A DNA stretch of 64,000 nt from contig OZ237735.1 in the NCBI GenBank assembly GCA_965178125.1, forward strand, positions 2,604,001 to 2,668,000. Reading direction: 5' to 3'. Of the stretch, positions 11,701 to 25,271 are shown piece after piece (positions within the stretch are counted from its first letter, which is position 1; each line of letters opens with the position of its first letter). Under the pieces are notes generated by a model. It was not told where the DNA came from and did no database searches. It was given only the letters and a program-made list of their open reading frames with translations. Source of the DNA: Bilabrum cf. latius. Taxonomy: Eukaryota. The position numbers and the translations under genes were made by a program.

Positions 11701-14700
11701 TTAGTTTCCTCTGCATTGACAGCGCCATGGCGATTACTCGGTTGCACTGGGAGATCCTAGAGGCCCGAAGCATGGCCACAACAACGCCACGCAGAATCGC
11801 CTTGGCTTGGGGACGACTGAGGGTCGGATTCACGGCTCGCAGGTCGGTCACACCGCGGCTGGACAGCGCGCAAGACATGAGGTACTCGTGCTCCATGAGT
11901 GCGCGGCTGCCTGCCATGCGCTCCAATTGCACTTGCACTGCGGCAGTTCTGGGACCACTCTCGGGATCCTGGTTGCCGAGCGAGTTCTGCCGACGAATGC
12001 ACGCAGGCCTAGCACTCGCTGCAGCAGCGTCAGACCCGGCGCCGCTGGCCGGCGGTACGGTTGGCGTTGACCCGCCCTCGCAGCCGTCCGCGGCCCCTGC
12101 TTCTTGCGAGTTCGCCGCGGCAAGGAGCTTTGCCATGGCACCGCGCAGGGCGGCCGAGTCTCTGGCTCGCACCCGGCGCACCTCGCTCACCAGCTGGCCG
12201 ACAGAGGACGCAGAGGAGCCTGCGTCCACTTGCAGCTGCGGTGGGCCCTTGGGCCTCCACGTGCTGCCCGTCTGCTTGCAAAGGCACTGAAGCTGCGGTA
12301 TGCGCTGCCCAGCCCAGACATCGGCAAAGTCTTCGCACTCCTTCTTCATCCTGCCGAGCACCCGTTGGCCCACCACGTCTCTTGGCTCTCCCCCGTGCCC
12401 CTCTTTCAGATCGAAAGGAAGCTTGCCCTGGGGCGCCGTCTCTCCGATGTCCTGCGGGGCAACGGTGGCCATGAAACGCCTCCACACGGCCTGCAGTGGC
12501 CTGCAGCCCAAAGACAGCACCTCGTGGTCAGGCAGGCTGGCTCCGAGCCTCTCGTCCATCTCATCGTCGCCGTGCCCTTCGGCAGGGCATATTTGCTGCG
12601 GCGGCGCGCGCGTGTCGGATGCAGTTGGGGGCTGTGGTGGCACCATGTCGGCACTCACCACAATGCTGCCTGCCGCACGATCAGCGTACTGGCCAGCGAC
12701 TCCGGACTTGCCCACCGAATCGAGTCTTCGGTGGTGCGCGTCGTTCACTCGAACGCTGACCACACGGACGACCCGATCGGGAGCGTAGGCAAACACGCAA
12801 GGGAAGTACTCCCCGGGCGGCACTCGCTTCAGCACAATCTTGGCTTCATCTGCGGCGCTCTCGCCCCCCGATGCGCCGCCGCTGCTGGCAGAACGAGGTA
12901 CTCCCCCTGGGTGCTCCCCTGTCGCAGGACCGACCCTTTGCACGGCCATGATTCCCGGCACTGTGCCATCGAACAGGTCAAGCAGCATGCGGAACCGGGT
13001 GCCTGGGTGCACCTGATTTGCCGTTGGCCCGCCCACCTGCCTCCCATTCACGCTGCCCTGGCCATTGAAAGCCCGCAGCAGGGCGCACCCGTTCGGACGC
13101 ATGTGCGCAGCAGTACCAATGTGCATGGGCCCAAACCCAAACAGTGTGCCCTCGTCCCCCATGTTGTCCTTAAGCAGCTCAAAGTCGACGCTCATGCGCC
13201 CTGCCTTGATACCAGTTTCCAGGTGCACGGCGGCTTCCTGTCGCTACATGCCAGCCAATCCGGTCTTGATGGCACCCAGCGAAATTACTGGGGCAGTATC
13301 GTCGTCTTTGTCACTGTCATTTGCTGCTGTCTGAGCTTTGGCCCTGTTTACGATGTGCACAGGTCCTACAGCAGTGTCTAGATCCACGGTCCGAGACACA
13401 GCGACCCAGCCTTGGTCCTTGTCTGCTAGCTGCGACACCATGGTCTCCATCCACTCATCACCCTTCTTCTTGCCTGACGCCGACGACTCCCCGCCTATCT
13501 TGCTCAGGTCCTCTTTCCCATCTGTGACCAGCCTCACCCGAACCTTGCTGGAGGTACGCAAGAACACGCAAGGAAAGCGAGCATACTCGGTGGAGATGCC
13601 GCCGTCTACCAGCTCGAAGCCCTTGCTCTCCGCCGTGCGCATCCACAGCCTGCCGAACTTGGCCTCGCCGTCGCCACCACCGGTAGTTCTTCCACCCTTC
13701 CCAGCGTCAACCCCGGCAGCGGCCCCCCCAGTAGCCTCGCTGCCCTCTGCGGCTGCTGGCTCGCCGCCATCGCCGGCAGTAGCTGCAGCATCTGGCTCAT
13801 TTGCAACTTGCTTCACCTTCGGAGTCATGTCAAGTACAAATTCCGCAACCGCGCCGCTCTTGAGCCGGCGTGCCGCTCGCACCCCACTGCCCTCCTTGCC
13901 GTCAGCAAGTACTCTGCCGTTCGCTAGCTCAACCACTGTAGCCCGCACTGCGTCGGGAATCTCAGGAGCAGGAGAACCCAGAGAGGCTCTTCCCACTCCC
14001 ACATACACTGCATCTCCTGATGACTCGTCTGTGTGGCCCAGCTTTGGCGCATCTACGTGCAACCTCCACCGCAGCTGCTTGCCCTCGGGCGCGCCCTGAC
14101 CCATTCGGCAGCTGGCTGCCAGCACGCTGGGCTCCTTGCCCTTGGACTCGAGAGTCACAGAGCTGCGGTCGTGTTCTACATGGTCGCCCAGGAACCCAGT
14201 CCAACTCGCGTTGCTCATCAGCGAGATTTTCTTCGTGTCGGGCAGCTCAGCCGTCGCAATGGCTTCCTAAGTAGCTTGTTTGCCCGCATCACCGCCTCCG
14301 TCGCCGCTCGATCCGGACACCTTTGCGCCGGGAGCTTCTGCTGCCAAGCGTTCGTCCTCCACTGCAGTCTCCAGCGACAGCAGCACCACCTTGATTGGCG
14401 ACGCACCGGTCGCAACCTGCTCATCGGTCATGGCGCCAAGGACGCATGGATGCCAGGTCACACTGGCAGGTTCCCCTGCACCAGATAACTAGGCACTCGC
14501 AGGGATTACACCGCGGGCCACTGTTTGCTTGCCAGAACCGCTCTTCTCAGCGATGATCAGGTCGCCTGGCTTGCTTCCGTCACCGAGGCGAGCAGTGACA
14601 AGGTACTCGCCCCCCCGTTTGAACTGATCGATGTCCACTGGACTTCCAGTTCCCTGTGCGAACAGCACCTTTGACGGCGACGAAAATGCGACAGCTTTAC

Positions 14701-17700
14701 AATCTGGTGAGTCCGCCTTGCTGGAGCCGAGAGTACCCGGCGAAACGCCGATGGCGAGTGGCACAGCCTCACCGCCCGAACCTGCCACTGCCAACTTGAA
14801 TCGGATGACACCCTTGGCAGCCCCTTGCGTGGACATCAAGGCGCATCCACCGTTCAAGTCAGCCTGGTTATCGCCGGTCACTGAAGCGTACCCAAAGCCA
14901 CTCGCAATGACAGACCCGGGATTCCACTTCGCATCAGCAGTGACAAACTTTGTCGTGTCCACCGCTGTTTCTGGATCAGAAGTCTCGTCCTCTCCCGTGG
15001 CATGGTCGCCGTCTGCATCTGGCGCGTCCGAACCGGCCCCGACCAGTTCCACCTTCTCCAGTCTGGCCTCCCCGGGGCCCTAGAATCCAATCCCGGGCGC
15101 GTAACCCCCCGACGGCTTCGCAGCTGGCAAACGGCCGGCCGGAATCAGCGGTACAAACGTCCCCGACTCGTTGTTAACGCAGATGTGCATGCTGGGAGAC
15201 TTTGTACCGTCCCCGAGGTTCATGCGCAACCTGATCAGCTGCCCCACCTTCCGGACCCATTCATGCTGCTGCTGCGCGGCCAGCACCACTCCCTCCAGTA
15301 GCGCCTCCCCGAGATGCGTGATCAGACCACTGAAGCGGCCATCACGGTGCGCCACGCTGGGGAAATCACCCCCCTTCCGACGGAAGCCAACCACAATGGG
15401 AAGCAAAGAGCGCCGGTTTCCCGCCATGGTCCTAAACTGTGCCTCCACTGTGCCGCTGGTGAAGTACCGGCGGGTGCAAACGTGCCCTCCAGACCGGGCC
15501 AAGTCCATCAAGATGGCTTTCTTGCCTTGCTTGTCGACGTGGAGCAGACCTAACGTGCGAACTTCGTGCATGTGAAGCCTGTTCTGGGCTTCATCATCTT
15601 CCATGGCGGCTTGCACTCTAGCAATCTCCGCCTGGGTGGCCTCGGCCCCGCTCGTGCTGCCGCCTTCGGTAGATGTCTCGGCACGCACCATCGTGACTCT
15701 CACGCCTGGACCATAGCTCAAGACAGCGGGGCAAGCTGTCAGCGCGGCTTGCTCGTCCCCCTTGCGCCGCAATGAATCACCTTTGGCCAGCACAAAGCTG
15801 CCCAGCGAAGTGCTCACTCGCAAGATTGGTTCCTTCTTGTCGCTAGAGTCGCTGCCGGCGGATGGAGGCGGGGGTACTTTCTCTCTGTGCTCCGGTGCGG
15901 GCTTGCCTTCCGGAGTTGGAGCTGCAGCAGACGCTGGTGCATCTGCAGCAGCATTGCCATCATCCAACAGTGACGCAGCGATGGCCGCTTCGAGCTCTGT
16001 CGCATCGCTGTCTGCGCTGGGTGCCCGCGACACATCGCCACCGGCTGACGCGCCCCCAGCGGGCTGGCTGATTTCAGGCTGCGGGCCAGACGCCTTGGTG
16101 TCTGCGCCAGGAGGCCCGCACCAATCGAGAAGGAACTCAATGTCCTCGCCCACCGGCAGGCGCAGCCTGGAGTCCACCGAACCGGAGGTTGAAGGGCCTT
16201 GCCTGCGGAAAACGCGGCCGTTGATTGCGTTGCACAGCACGCTAGATCCACCGATCTGGGTCGGATCCATCGTGTTTCTATCCGCTGCTTCTGCTGTTGC
16301 AACCCCAGCCATCACGCATGGAAGCACATCTCCGGCTGCAGCTCCAGTCTCCGCGTCAATTCGCAGAGTCCACCGGACCCTGCCCGTAGCGCCCTCGCCG
16401 AACCTCGCCCGGATGATACCCCGGCTCACCTCGGTCCGGATGGCACGAGAAGGTGCACCAGCTGCACCAGCTGCACCAGCTGCACCAGCTGCACCAGCTG
16501 CACCCGCGGGACCCGACCAGCCCAACTAGGAGTGTGCAACGGGTGTCCAGCCGCTGGGGCTGGTGAGATGCTGCAGCACCTCGCGCACGCGCCGCTCCTC
16601 ATCTGATTTGCTGAGCGCCGCGGCTACCCGTGCCGACTCAAACTTGGCCCTTTCCTTGTCTTCTTTCTCCTTCTTCTGCTTTGCGAGAAATTCATCGTCG
16701 TACCCGGCGATGGGAAGCGGCTTCTCGGATCCATGCAGGGTGATATGCTTGTCGCTGGCTGCCTCCAGGGCATGCTGGAACTGCTGCTTGACAGCCTGTG
16801 CCCAGCTCTGCATCTGTGTCTACGAGCTGGAGTTCCTCAGCCGAAGCTCTGCATTCGGTGCGCGCATAAACGACTGCGGTACCCCTCTCTTGTACGGCTC
16901 ACCGCTCTGCTAGATTCGTGCAGCGATGGAGGCTCCGTGAAGCGGGGCACCAAACGACTCCGACCACGAGGCCAAGTCAAAGCCGGCGGTCGGGTCGTCT
17001 TTCTTCACGCCCTTTCCTTCTGCGTCCTCCTCGGTCAGCACTAATGCGCGTGCGATAAGAAGGGCCAGCTAGGTGCTGCTGTCTCCCCATTCTGGAACAA
17101 GCACCATCTGCTGACTGCCAACCGCCATGTTGTACAGCGCGATTGCTCGCTTCGCGGGGCGATTCTTCCAGTATTGCTCCAGCTCCTTCTCGCACTCTTC
17201 TCCAGTGAGCTTGTCTCTCCCAATAAAATCCGCAGGGTCGTAGACGGCAGTGCGAGGGAAGCCACTAAACTTGAGGCCGGCGATCCCGCCTTTCATGAAT
17301 CCCTCGGAGCGTTTCTCCTGATCAACCCACACGCTGGACAAGGGCCATCTGGGGGCATCGAACGACTTCTTGATTGTGAACGCGTTGCCCTTAAGCAGCT
17401 GCTCGAGCCTGCCTCTCCGCTCCGCCAGCTTGGAACGCATGCGCGACCCCTGCTCCTCGAGCAGGTCACACAGCGATATTTCGTCTCGCAGTCCGATGCG
17501 GCAGCTTGCGCTCACGTGCCCCTGCTTGGATACGTACTTCTTGTACTCCTAATCAGCCTTAAACGGCAGCTTAGCGGGATTGTATCGAAGCGCGAGAGCC
17601 AGGTGCAGCATGCACGCGTGGAAATCAGGCGAAGCGTCCCTCGGATGGGTGGGTCCGTCAAACGCCAGGCGCAGGCCGGTTTCGATCGCCTCGGAACGCA

Positions 17701-20700
17701 CGCCGTGCTCGCCCCCGGAGAGCCCAAGCGTGTAAGACTCTTCCTTTCCGAACGCCCTGTCAGTCTGCAGCGAAGCCATGAGCTTCTTTGCGTCCTCGTA
17801 CTGACGGTGCACGATGTTGCTCACCAGCAGGTAGAGAGTCGCAGACACAGAAGGAAGCTGCAAAAAGGCCCCCGACACGTTCACAGGGAACACGTAGGCC
17901 CGGTTGCGCACCTTGTTCTCCCATCCTGGTCGGCCCCTGAAGTACTGCACGTAGGTCGTGAACGGGTGCCCCGTGATCGAGGGTCGCAGCATGGGGTGCG
18001 AGGGAACGAACACGAACAGCTCGCTCTGGTCATTCTGCAGAACTAAGCTCTGGGGCAGGCCTCGCAGCAGCTTCTGCGGAGACAGTGCGTCGAGCGCGGC
18101 GCTGGGCTCCTCGCCCGACTCGGCCCCATCCAGCAAGAACATAGAGGTGCGGTCGGACAGCCGCAACACAAGGGAGCCGTCGGCACTGCGGCTGGGCAGC
18201 AGACCAGTTCGAAGCCTGGGCAGCTCAACGCAAGCCAGAGGAACCGACTCACCTCGAGAGACCAGGCCAGCAAGAGACATGGGGCCCAAGATCGGGGCAC
18301 AAGAGCTTGTGCCGCTGGGACCATGCCCCGTACCACGGCCCTGCGCATCCGCGGCAATCGGTGCTGTGCCCTCTGCAATGCGGCGCTGCAGCATTTTGAT
18401 CGGAAGGGTAGCCCATGGGAGCACGAAGCCAGCGTCCTCCACGCGAGCGACGGTCCTCAGCACCTTTGCGAGATCAGCGTCGCTGCCCACCGACTGCGGG
18501 GCGACAAGGATCCTCGGCAGCTTGCAGTTGGGGTCTCGCAGCACAGCTTCCGCTGCACTAGCCCCCACCCGCTGCAGCTACCTGCCCAGCGACCTGATAT
18601 GCGCACGGTGCGACTCGCCGTACAGCGCGTTCGCAATGACTTGGACCGCACCGTGCCACGGGGTCCCAGCGTATACGGGTACCTCAAGCACGTGCGCCTC
18701 CACAGCCGCGACCGGTCCGTTCCCATCCACGGCCTCGCTGTCGGGTCTTCGAGACAGGTGGATCTCATACACGGCCCCAGGAAGAACCTCTTCTGCGCCA
18801 GCCATCAGGTCGGAGGCAGCCTCCGTTGCTGAGCTGACGTAGGCGGAGCTCTTCGGCTCGCCAACGAGCACAACCCGCGGCGGCGATGATGCTGAAGTGG
18901 CAGACGCCACCGCAGCAGCCATAGTGTCTTCGATCCCATTGCTGGAGTCTATCCTCCACCACTGCACATCCCCACGCAGTAGCGCGCCAGGCACGGCGCC
19001 TTGCAAGAGCGCCGAAGGTACCCAGCTGGCTCGCACGGCAGCCCCGCATCCCGGCTCCTGCCTGCATCTCACGATCTCCATCCCAGGGACCTCCTCGGGC
19101 CCTGCCATGATGTCACCAAGTCTGAAGTGAAGCATGCAGGACGGGTGTCTCGCCAGAGCGTTGTCCCATGGTGCCAGCCCGGTGGGAGCTGCGGCACTGC
19201 CAAAGGTCCTCCCCAGCGACCTCCTCCCGTCCGTGGTGAAAGACAGCACGCGATACACCCTGCGGGCGTACTCTTGAAAGCGATACACCTCGATCATGCC
19301 CAACTCGCCACCCTCGGGGTCTGGCTTCTTTGCCACAATCTCCCGCACATCCCCGGTCCTGGCATCCCGCCACAGAAGCGTGCAGCTGTCGGGTTGGCCT
19401 GCCCTGGCAGCGGCGGACGGGGCTGAGTCATCGCTATGCTTAGCAAAAACCTGCATGTTCTAGAGGGCCTGCTCCGCTAGCTACCTACGCTTCTTGAGGT
19501 CATCCGCCCTCGTGTCCTTCTGACCCTCGCCGGGCCCCGGCGTGGCTGCCTCGATCAGCTCCTGCAGAAGCGTGTCCTCCAACAGCGACTGCAACCAGGC
19601 CTCTTCTCCCGTCAAGCGCGTTCCTTTCGCGCTCTCGGTAGACCCTTGCTTCTCGACCCGCTGCAGGATTTTGGCCATCTCCTCCTCGTCCGCCTGCTCT
19701 CTGTCCGCTGCAACCTCTTTGATGGCACGGCCGGACAGCACCGCCATCATGTCGATGCTAAAGTGCACCTGCCGGTCATAGCTGTCACCGAGGTACTCAA
19801 GGACGCGCTTGCCCTGGACTTCTATGCCACTGGTGGCCGTGGAAGCGCCAGACGCTTCATTCTAGGCACCACCAGCGGCAGCCCCTCCTTCGTCAGACTT
19901 CTTCTGATCGCCCCCGCCACCCTCGCCCAGCGACATGCGCAACGCCTCTGCCAGCTCTGGGTCACCTCCATCTACCGCTGCCTAAATCTGGGACCGGATC
20001 TAGGCGTTGGGGTCTTCCGCCGCACCGGCATTAGAGGCCTGCGCACCGGCGTCGTTGGGCGCCGACGGCTTCCCCATTGACGCTTCCATTGCCTTTCGCA
20101 GCTGCTGCTCTTCCAATGTCTCACCAGGATACGCCTTCAACCCGCTCTGCTCAGAAGCTTCCCGCTCAGCCTTTGCCTCCTTCTCTTTGGCAGCCTGCCG
20201 CTCGACTGCGGACGCTGGTCCCAGCCACCTCGGGTATCCGTGCGGGGCCAGCTGCCCGTACTGCGTGAGTGGGAGCGGCTCCCAGTGGCGAACGACCACC
20301 TGCCCATGGGCGGTGACCTGCGGCTCGCTCGAGACGATCTCCAGCTCCGTGACGTTCTCGTGCCGCTGCGTGATAGCGCAGTGGGGCACGGAGCCTCCGA
20401 AGAAGGCGCGGAACGCCGACGTCTGTGCCGTGCGGAATGGCACAGTTTGGATCTAGTCGCCCGACTGCAGGCGCAACGTGGCCGTCTGCAGCTCAAAGTA
20501 GTACTTCTTGTCAGCGTCGACCACGATGCCGCTCGAAAAACCGGCATCGTCTCGGTTGAGTCGGCCCCCAACGGCCCCGATCTCATTGCAGACCCTAACC
20601 GAAGCACCGCCAGAACGCTTGGCTCTCTGCAGCTGCTATGCGAGATCAAAGGCAGAGCTTCCTCGCCCTAAAATCGCCGGTGTTCCGTGGCCGTGCGCGA

Positions 20701-23700
20701 CTGCGTCGCGGGCTGCCTCTACATCGCCACCGGCAGCGCGCAGGGTAGCCCTCAAGCCCCACGCGGCCTCTGGATCGGCACCCAGCGCTTTCTGCAGCGC
20801 GTCCAACCTAGCGTCCTCGCTTGCCGCCCCGTCCCCAGGGACCAGCCCGAACTGCACCTTGTCGTTTTCCAGAATCACGCGGAGCGCGATCGTGAGCGCC
20901 TCCTGGCGGTCCGTGCACGAGGCCACTGCGAGCCAGCTCATAATCCGCGGCATCACGCGGTGCAGCGCCTCGAAGACGTCGCCTTCCGCGGCGAAGATGC
21001 CGCGCCTGAGATACTTCGGCTCGGCGTCGCGCACGTCTAGCTCGCCCACATCTGCTGTCCGCATTGTGCCGTTCACCAGCTTGAGACGAGCGGGAATCCG
21101 CAACGAGCGGAGAACCTGCTGCCCGGGCACGTGCCAGTTGCCGAATGCAACGGCCGCGCCCACGCACCTTCCCACCTGCACGCTGTCCATGGCCTGCAGC
21201 GGGCAGCCGCTCGCTGCGATGACCTGGTGCGCAAACACAGCGCTCCTCAGCCTGTTGTCCCTTCTCGACACCGCGTCCTGCATAAAGAACGCAAACACGG
21301 GCGAGCAGTCGTCGTCCAGGACACCGCGGAGCCCCGCTGCCAGCTCCTCCACAGCGCCGCGCAGACCCACCGTGGGCCCACACGGGTGGTCACAGGGCAG
21401 GCCAAGCACTGCGTGCGCGAACGACTCGATCCTCGATACCAGCCGCACGCAGAAGAAGAAGACCGTCACATGAGCGGGATCCGCGTTGTTCTTACACAGG
21501 TAAATCACCTGCTGTAGCAGCCTGCGAGCAGGAACGAGAACCGCAGCCGGAGCGCACGCAATCTCGTGCATGAGGGGGCCCCATGGAGTGGCCAGGCTGC
21601 CTCCGTCACGCTCTCGCGCGGGAAACTGGTCGGGAACCGCGCTGCCCTACGAAACAGCGAGCGAATCCAGAGGGTTCACTTCCTACTTCTCAGCGGCAGC
21701 GTCTTCTTTCTGCGAAGTGGCATCACCTGCGCCCCCAGACGAGCTGCCCGCCCCCGATGCAGCAGCAGCAGCAGCCTCACCGCTGGGCTTGGCCATCGTG
21801 GCTGCGCCGGCATTAGGTGAGGCGATGCCGGAGCTATCGCCCGATCCCGCGGGCTGGGGCATGGTGAGGCCCTCGAAGACAGCGTGCCACAGCAAGTGCC
21901 TGATTTCTTGGTTGAAGAGAGCGCCGGAGCCCTCCTGCGACATGAACTGCAGCAGCAGCGGGATGCGCACGTGCGGTTCGCAGAGGAACGTGAGCATCCG
22001 CTCGGCGTGGTCCTCCGTGAGAGCGCCATCGAAATCGTCCACCGCCCGTGCGAGCACCACGTCGTCCTCGTCCGGTGGGGATGACGGTTTCCGGCTCCGA
22101 ATCCCGTGGGCCAGGGGATTGGTGCATCTGACCCTCGGCTGCCTGTAGAAGTGGATTGGCTCCTTGGACTGGAAGATACCCACGATGGCCCTCACGCTCT
22201 GCTCGTTCTTGTCATAATTGGTCAGTCGCACCTGGAACACCTGCCTCTCGTGCATGACACCGCCTGCGCTCGGCTCTGCCACGAAGCTCTGGTACGTTGG
22301 TTCGCAGGCGACGCGGGCAGCGAGGGCTGCCGTGACCATTGGCGTGTACTCGGGACAGCGCCTGTAGTCGCCCGTGAAGTCGGTTCTACCCTCCATCACG
22401 AGCTCCTCCGTCGAGGCGCTGGCGTTGAAGTCGTTCAGCGCGTTGAGCAGGTAGACCTGCCTGGAAAAAGAGGCAGGCAAGTCCTCGGTACTGACCTTTC
22501 CCCTGCCAAACATATCTTCCTCGTCCAACCCTGCCATGCTCTGGTAGTGGAACAGGTGCATCCTCCGAATGCCGCCCTTGTCCGGCAGCCCGCACATCCG
22601 AGCCAGCACAGCCACCTGCTCTAGTGCCGGAGTCGTTTTCGCCAGGGCCAGAGTCGGGTTGTCTCGGCGCCTAGAGACACCGCCGCCGAGCAGGCCGGCG
22701 ATCCCTCCAGCGTCCCCTTCGTCGTCTGAGTCATCCGAGTCGTCACTGCTGCCGTCGCTGTCCTCGCCATCGGCATCCTCATTGCCACCCCCCTCAGCCT
22801 GGGCATCGCCCCCAGTACCAGTACCCGTGCCAGCCCCGAGCCGGTCATCTCGGTGCATCGAATCCAGGAACTCCACGTCGAAGAAGGGGGTCTGGGCCAG
22901 GGCGCGCTGCCTGCGGTCGTGCTCCACGAGCCGGGCCCGGCACACGGCCACCTCGGGCGTGCAGACGTCCCACTCTCCGCAGATAGACTCGAGGGGTTTC
23001 CTCGGAGTACCCAGGTCCAGTCGCAGTCGCTGCCCGTGGTACTTTTGCAGGTCGCTAAACGTGGACGCCGCTTCAGCCGCACGTCCCTCCAAAAGGTCGG
23101 CCATCGCACTCTCGCCTGGCTTGAAGAGGGCGCGCGTGGCCGCGTCGATGAACGCGCATGCCGCAAGCACCGTCACCGACTTCTGCGCGGCGGCGTGTGA
23201 ATCGAAGCGTCGCACCAGCGCGGTGGCATTCAGATAGGCTCCCAGCAGCTGCTGCAGCTGGCGGAGCATGCTTCGCACATCGTCAGCGGGGAGCTTGGAG
23301 CCCCTGGCCCACTCGGTGCGATCGAAGGGCAACGCCTGGGTGAACAGCCGGACCAGGGCCTGCTGCAGGTGGTAGGCCCATGCTATCGTGGTACCGGAGC
23401 CTTCCAAGAGATTGGCGATCGCAGCCGCGGATTTGACCGCGTCGCGTACCTCTTCGGCCGTGCGGCAGAGGGTGCCGGGGATGGACAGAAAGTCCGGAAC
23501 CGTCGAATCGGTGGGCTTTGAGGCCTTCCCCTTGAAAGGATCCTGGTCCACCTGAGCCGCCAAGAGCTCCATCCCCTTGAGTGGGGCGTACTGCACCGAG
23601 GCATCCGACTTTCCGTGCCAGCCCAGCGGTTTCACCCCCGGGTCTGTCCAGCCCGGGTCCTGAGACGCGGGCACGATCGAGTGTTGGATCTCGGCTAGCT

Positions 23701-24987
23701 CGGCCTGGATCTCCTCCGCCTCTTTTTCGCTGATGCTCCCCGCCTTAAGGTTCTTAATTGCGTGGTGGGCCGTCTGCTTGCAGCCAATGCCGATGAGGTC
23801 TCGGTCGCTGGGATGCAGGCCCAGCCCGGGAGCCTTGTGCGCGTGCACACCGGAGCCATCCTTCCTGGCCTTGAGGTCCTCTTTGACCATGAGCATGTAG
23901 CACGCGCGGATATAGAGCGTGAATCGCTTGCACTCCTCTTTGCTCATCCCGCGCAGACGCGCGTAGAAGCGCAGGGCAGCCAGCGATGACCTGTAGTAGC
24001 ACGTGCCTGCCCTCTGCGGGGTGATCCAGTCTCCAGACTTGGCAGAGTCGCTCGTCTCGTGCGACCGCGCGGCAAACCGTGAGGGGTCGCCGTCACAGAT
24101 GTAGGGCAGATACAGCTAGTAGTAAAGGTGCGGCCCGTTGCGGTCGTGCGCCTTGGATCCGTTCCGCATCAGGCACCAGATCGCGGCTGGGTCGATGACC
24201 CTGTTCCTTGGGATGCCGTCGAGCCGCATGGCGCACTTGGCCTTGTTCCCTGCCAGGCCCACCTTGGGCCACTCAATCTCGGCCGAGGCGTGGTGTCCAA
24301 GCCCCTGACCCGTGTTCACCACCACCACGGCAAAGTGCTCCTCGGATTCTCGCAGGAACACGGTCATGATGGCGTGCCCGCCGCTGGACCCCATCCAGCA
24401 AGTAGAGTGCATGTAGCACCCGCCCACGGCGAGCCCCTTCAAGCGATTGTGCACGCGGCGAACCCGCTCATGCAGCTTCATGCTGTCTTCATTGTACGTG
24501 CTCGCGGACTCGTGCAGCCGAGCAGCGACGTCCGTCACGATAGGCACGCTCACGCGCCAGCCCCGCTTAGGCGCCTCCGCCGCGACCCGCTCCACGACCC
24601 CGTGCAGATATCGCAATGAGAGCAGCGGCAGGCCACCTTCTAGTTCAGTCTCATCGCTGCGATGAGCGCGGTGGGAAATAGAATGGCGATCCAAAATGCG
24701 CGCACCAAGCAACTCCAGAACGCGGGGTGTTTGTCGCATCAGAGCGACCACCAACAGGTTGTGCTCACATGTAAGGGTCCCCAAACTCTCCTCTGCGATT
24801 TGATCAAATGGTTGATTGGAAAAGACAACGGTAGCAAAGGAAGATCGACGCAAATAAGAGCACCTATTCCGCAAGATCGGTCGCCCTTGTGCAACTTGAA
24901 TATTTTCTTACGCATACGCTCCTGTTCGCCACAGCGCAAAGTCATCAACACTACCTGATATGCGCCTTTCTGCTTCAGACTTGCCAT
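5747..24987 (-). CDS. Giant (~6,350 aa) DUF3638/DUF3645-family protein: putative N-terminal cysteine protease, UBA/UIM motifs, SPRY-like modules, P-loop/helicase-like core, C-terminal EF-hands
   Basis: Sixteen listed minus-strand ORFs (low ends 5801 to 24116) are all in one frame. I translated every gap and found only TAG (25 in total), ending at TGA 5747-5749. Motifs: [68 protein letters not shown]-hands [13 protein letters not shown] and [13 protein letters not shown]. The start (ATG 24987 with an intron ending at 24793) is tentative. Confidence 0.85.
6516..6644. repeat. 21-bp coding minisatellite, about 6 copies (DLPPVGG on minus strand)
   Basis: Tandem unit ccccccccacagggggcaggt is directly visible. 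Confidence 0.95.
16454..16504. repeat. 9-bp coding tandem repeat (gcaccagct)n encoding AGA repeats
   Basis: About 5.5 perfect copies visible. Confidence 0.9.
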
Positions 24988-25271
24988 CTGCTGACATGTC
25001 GGCCCCTGCAGGTTATGCACGGCGGCTGATTTCCACCGGGCACTGGTAAGTTCCGCTCGACCCGTGTCGTGGCGCCGCGGCGCCACTGGCTCCGACACGA
25101 TTCAACAAAAGTAGTACGCATCCATTTCACTGGCGGGGCGTGTTCGAAGGAAGAAGTTTAGCGCTAGCTGTATTGATTCGTTTGTTTGGGCTCGTTTCAG
25201 CTATGACATGAAGCGCTGAGTTGGTGCCCTCGGTATATTTCACCACTTGCTTCTTCTGAAACGTCTTGACG

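Noticed and set aside
8366-13381. Long plus-strand ORFs opposite the giant gene (and similar ones such as 57810-60176 minus)
   Set aside because: Antisense shadows expected from GC-rich codon bias; no recognisable motifs.
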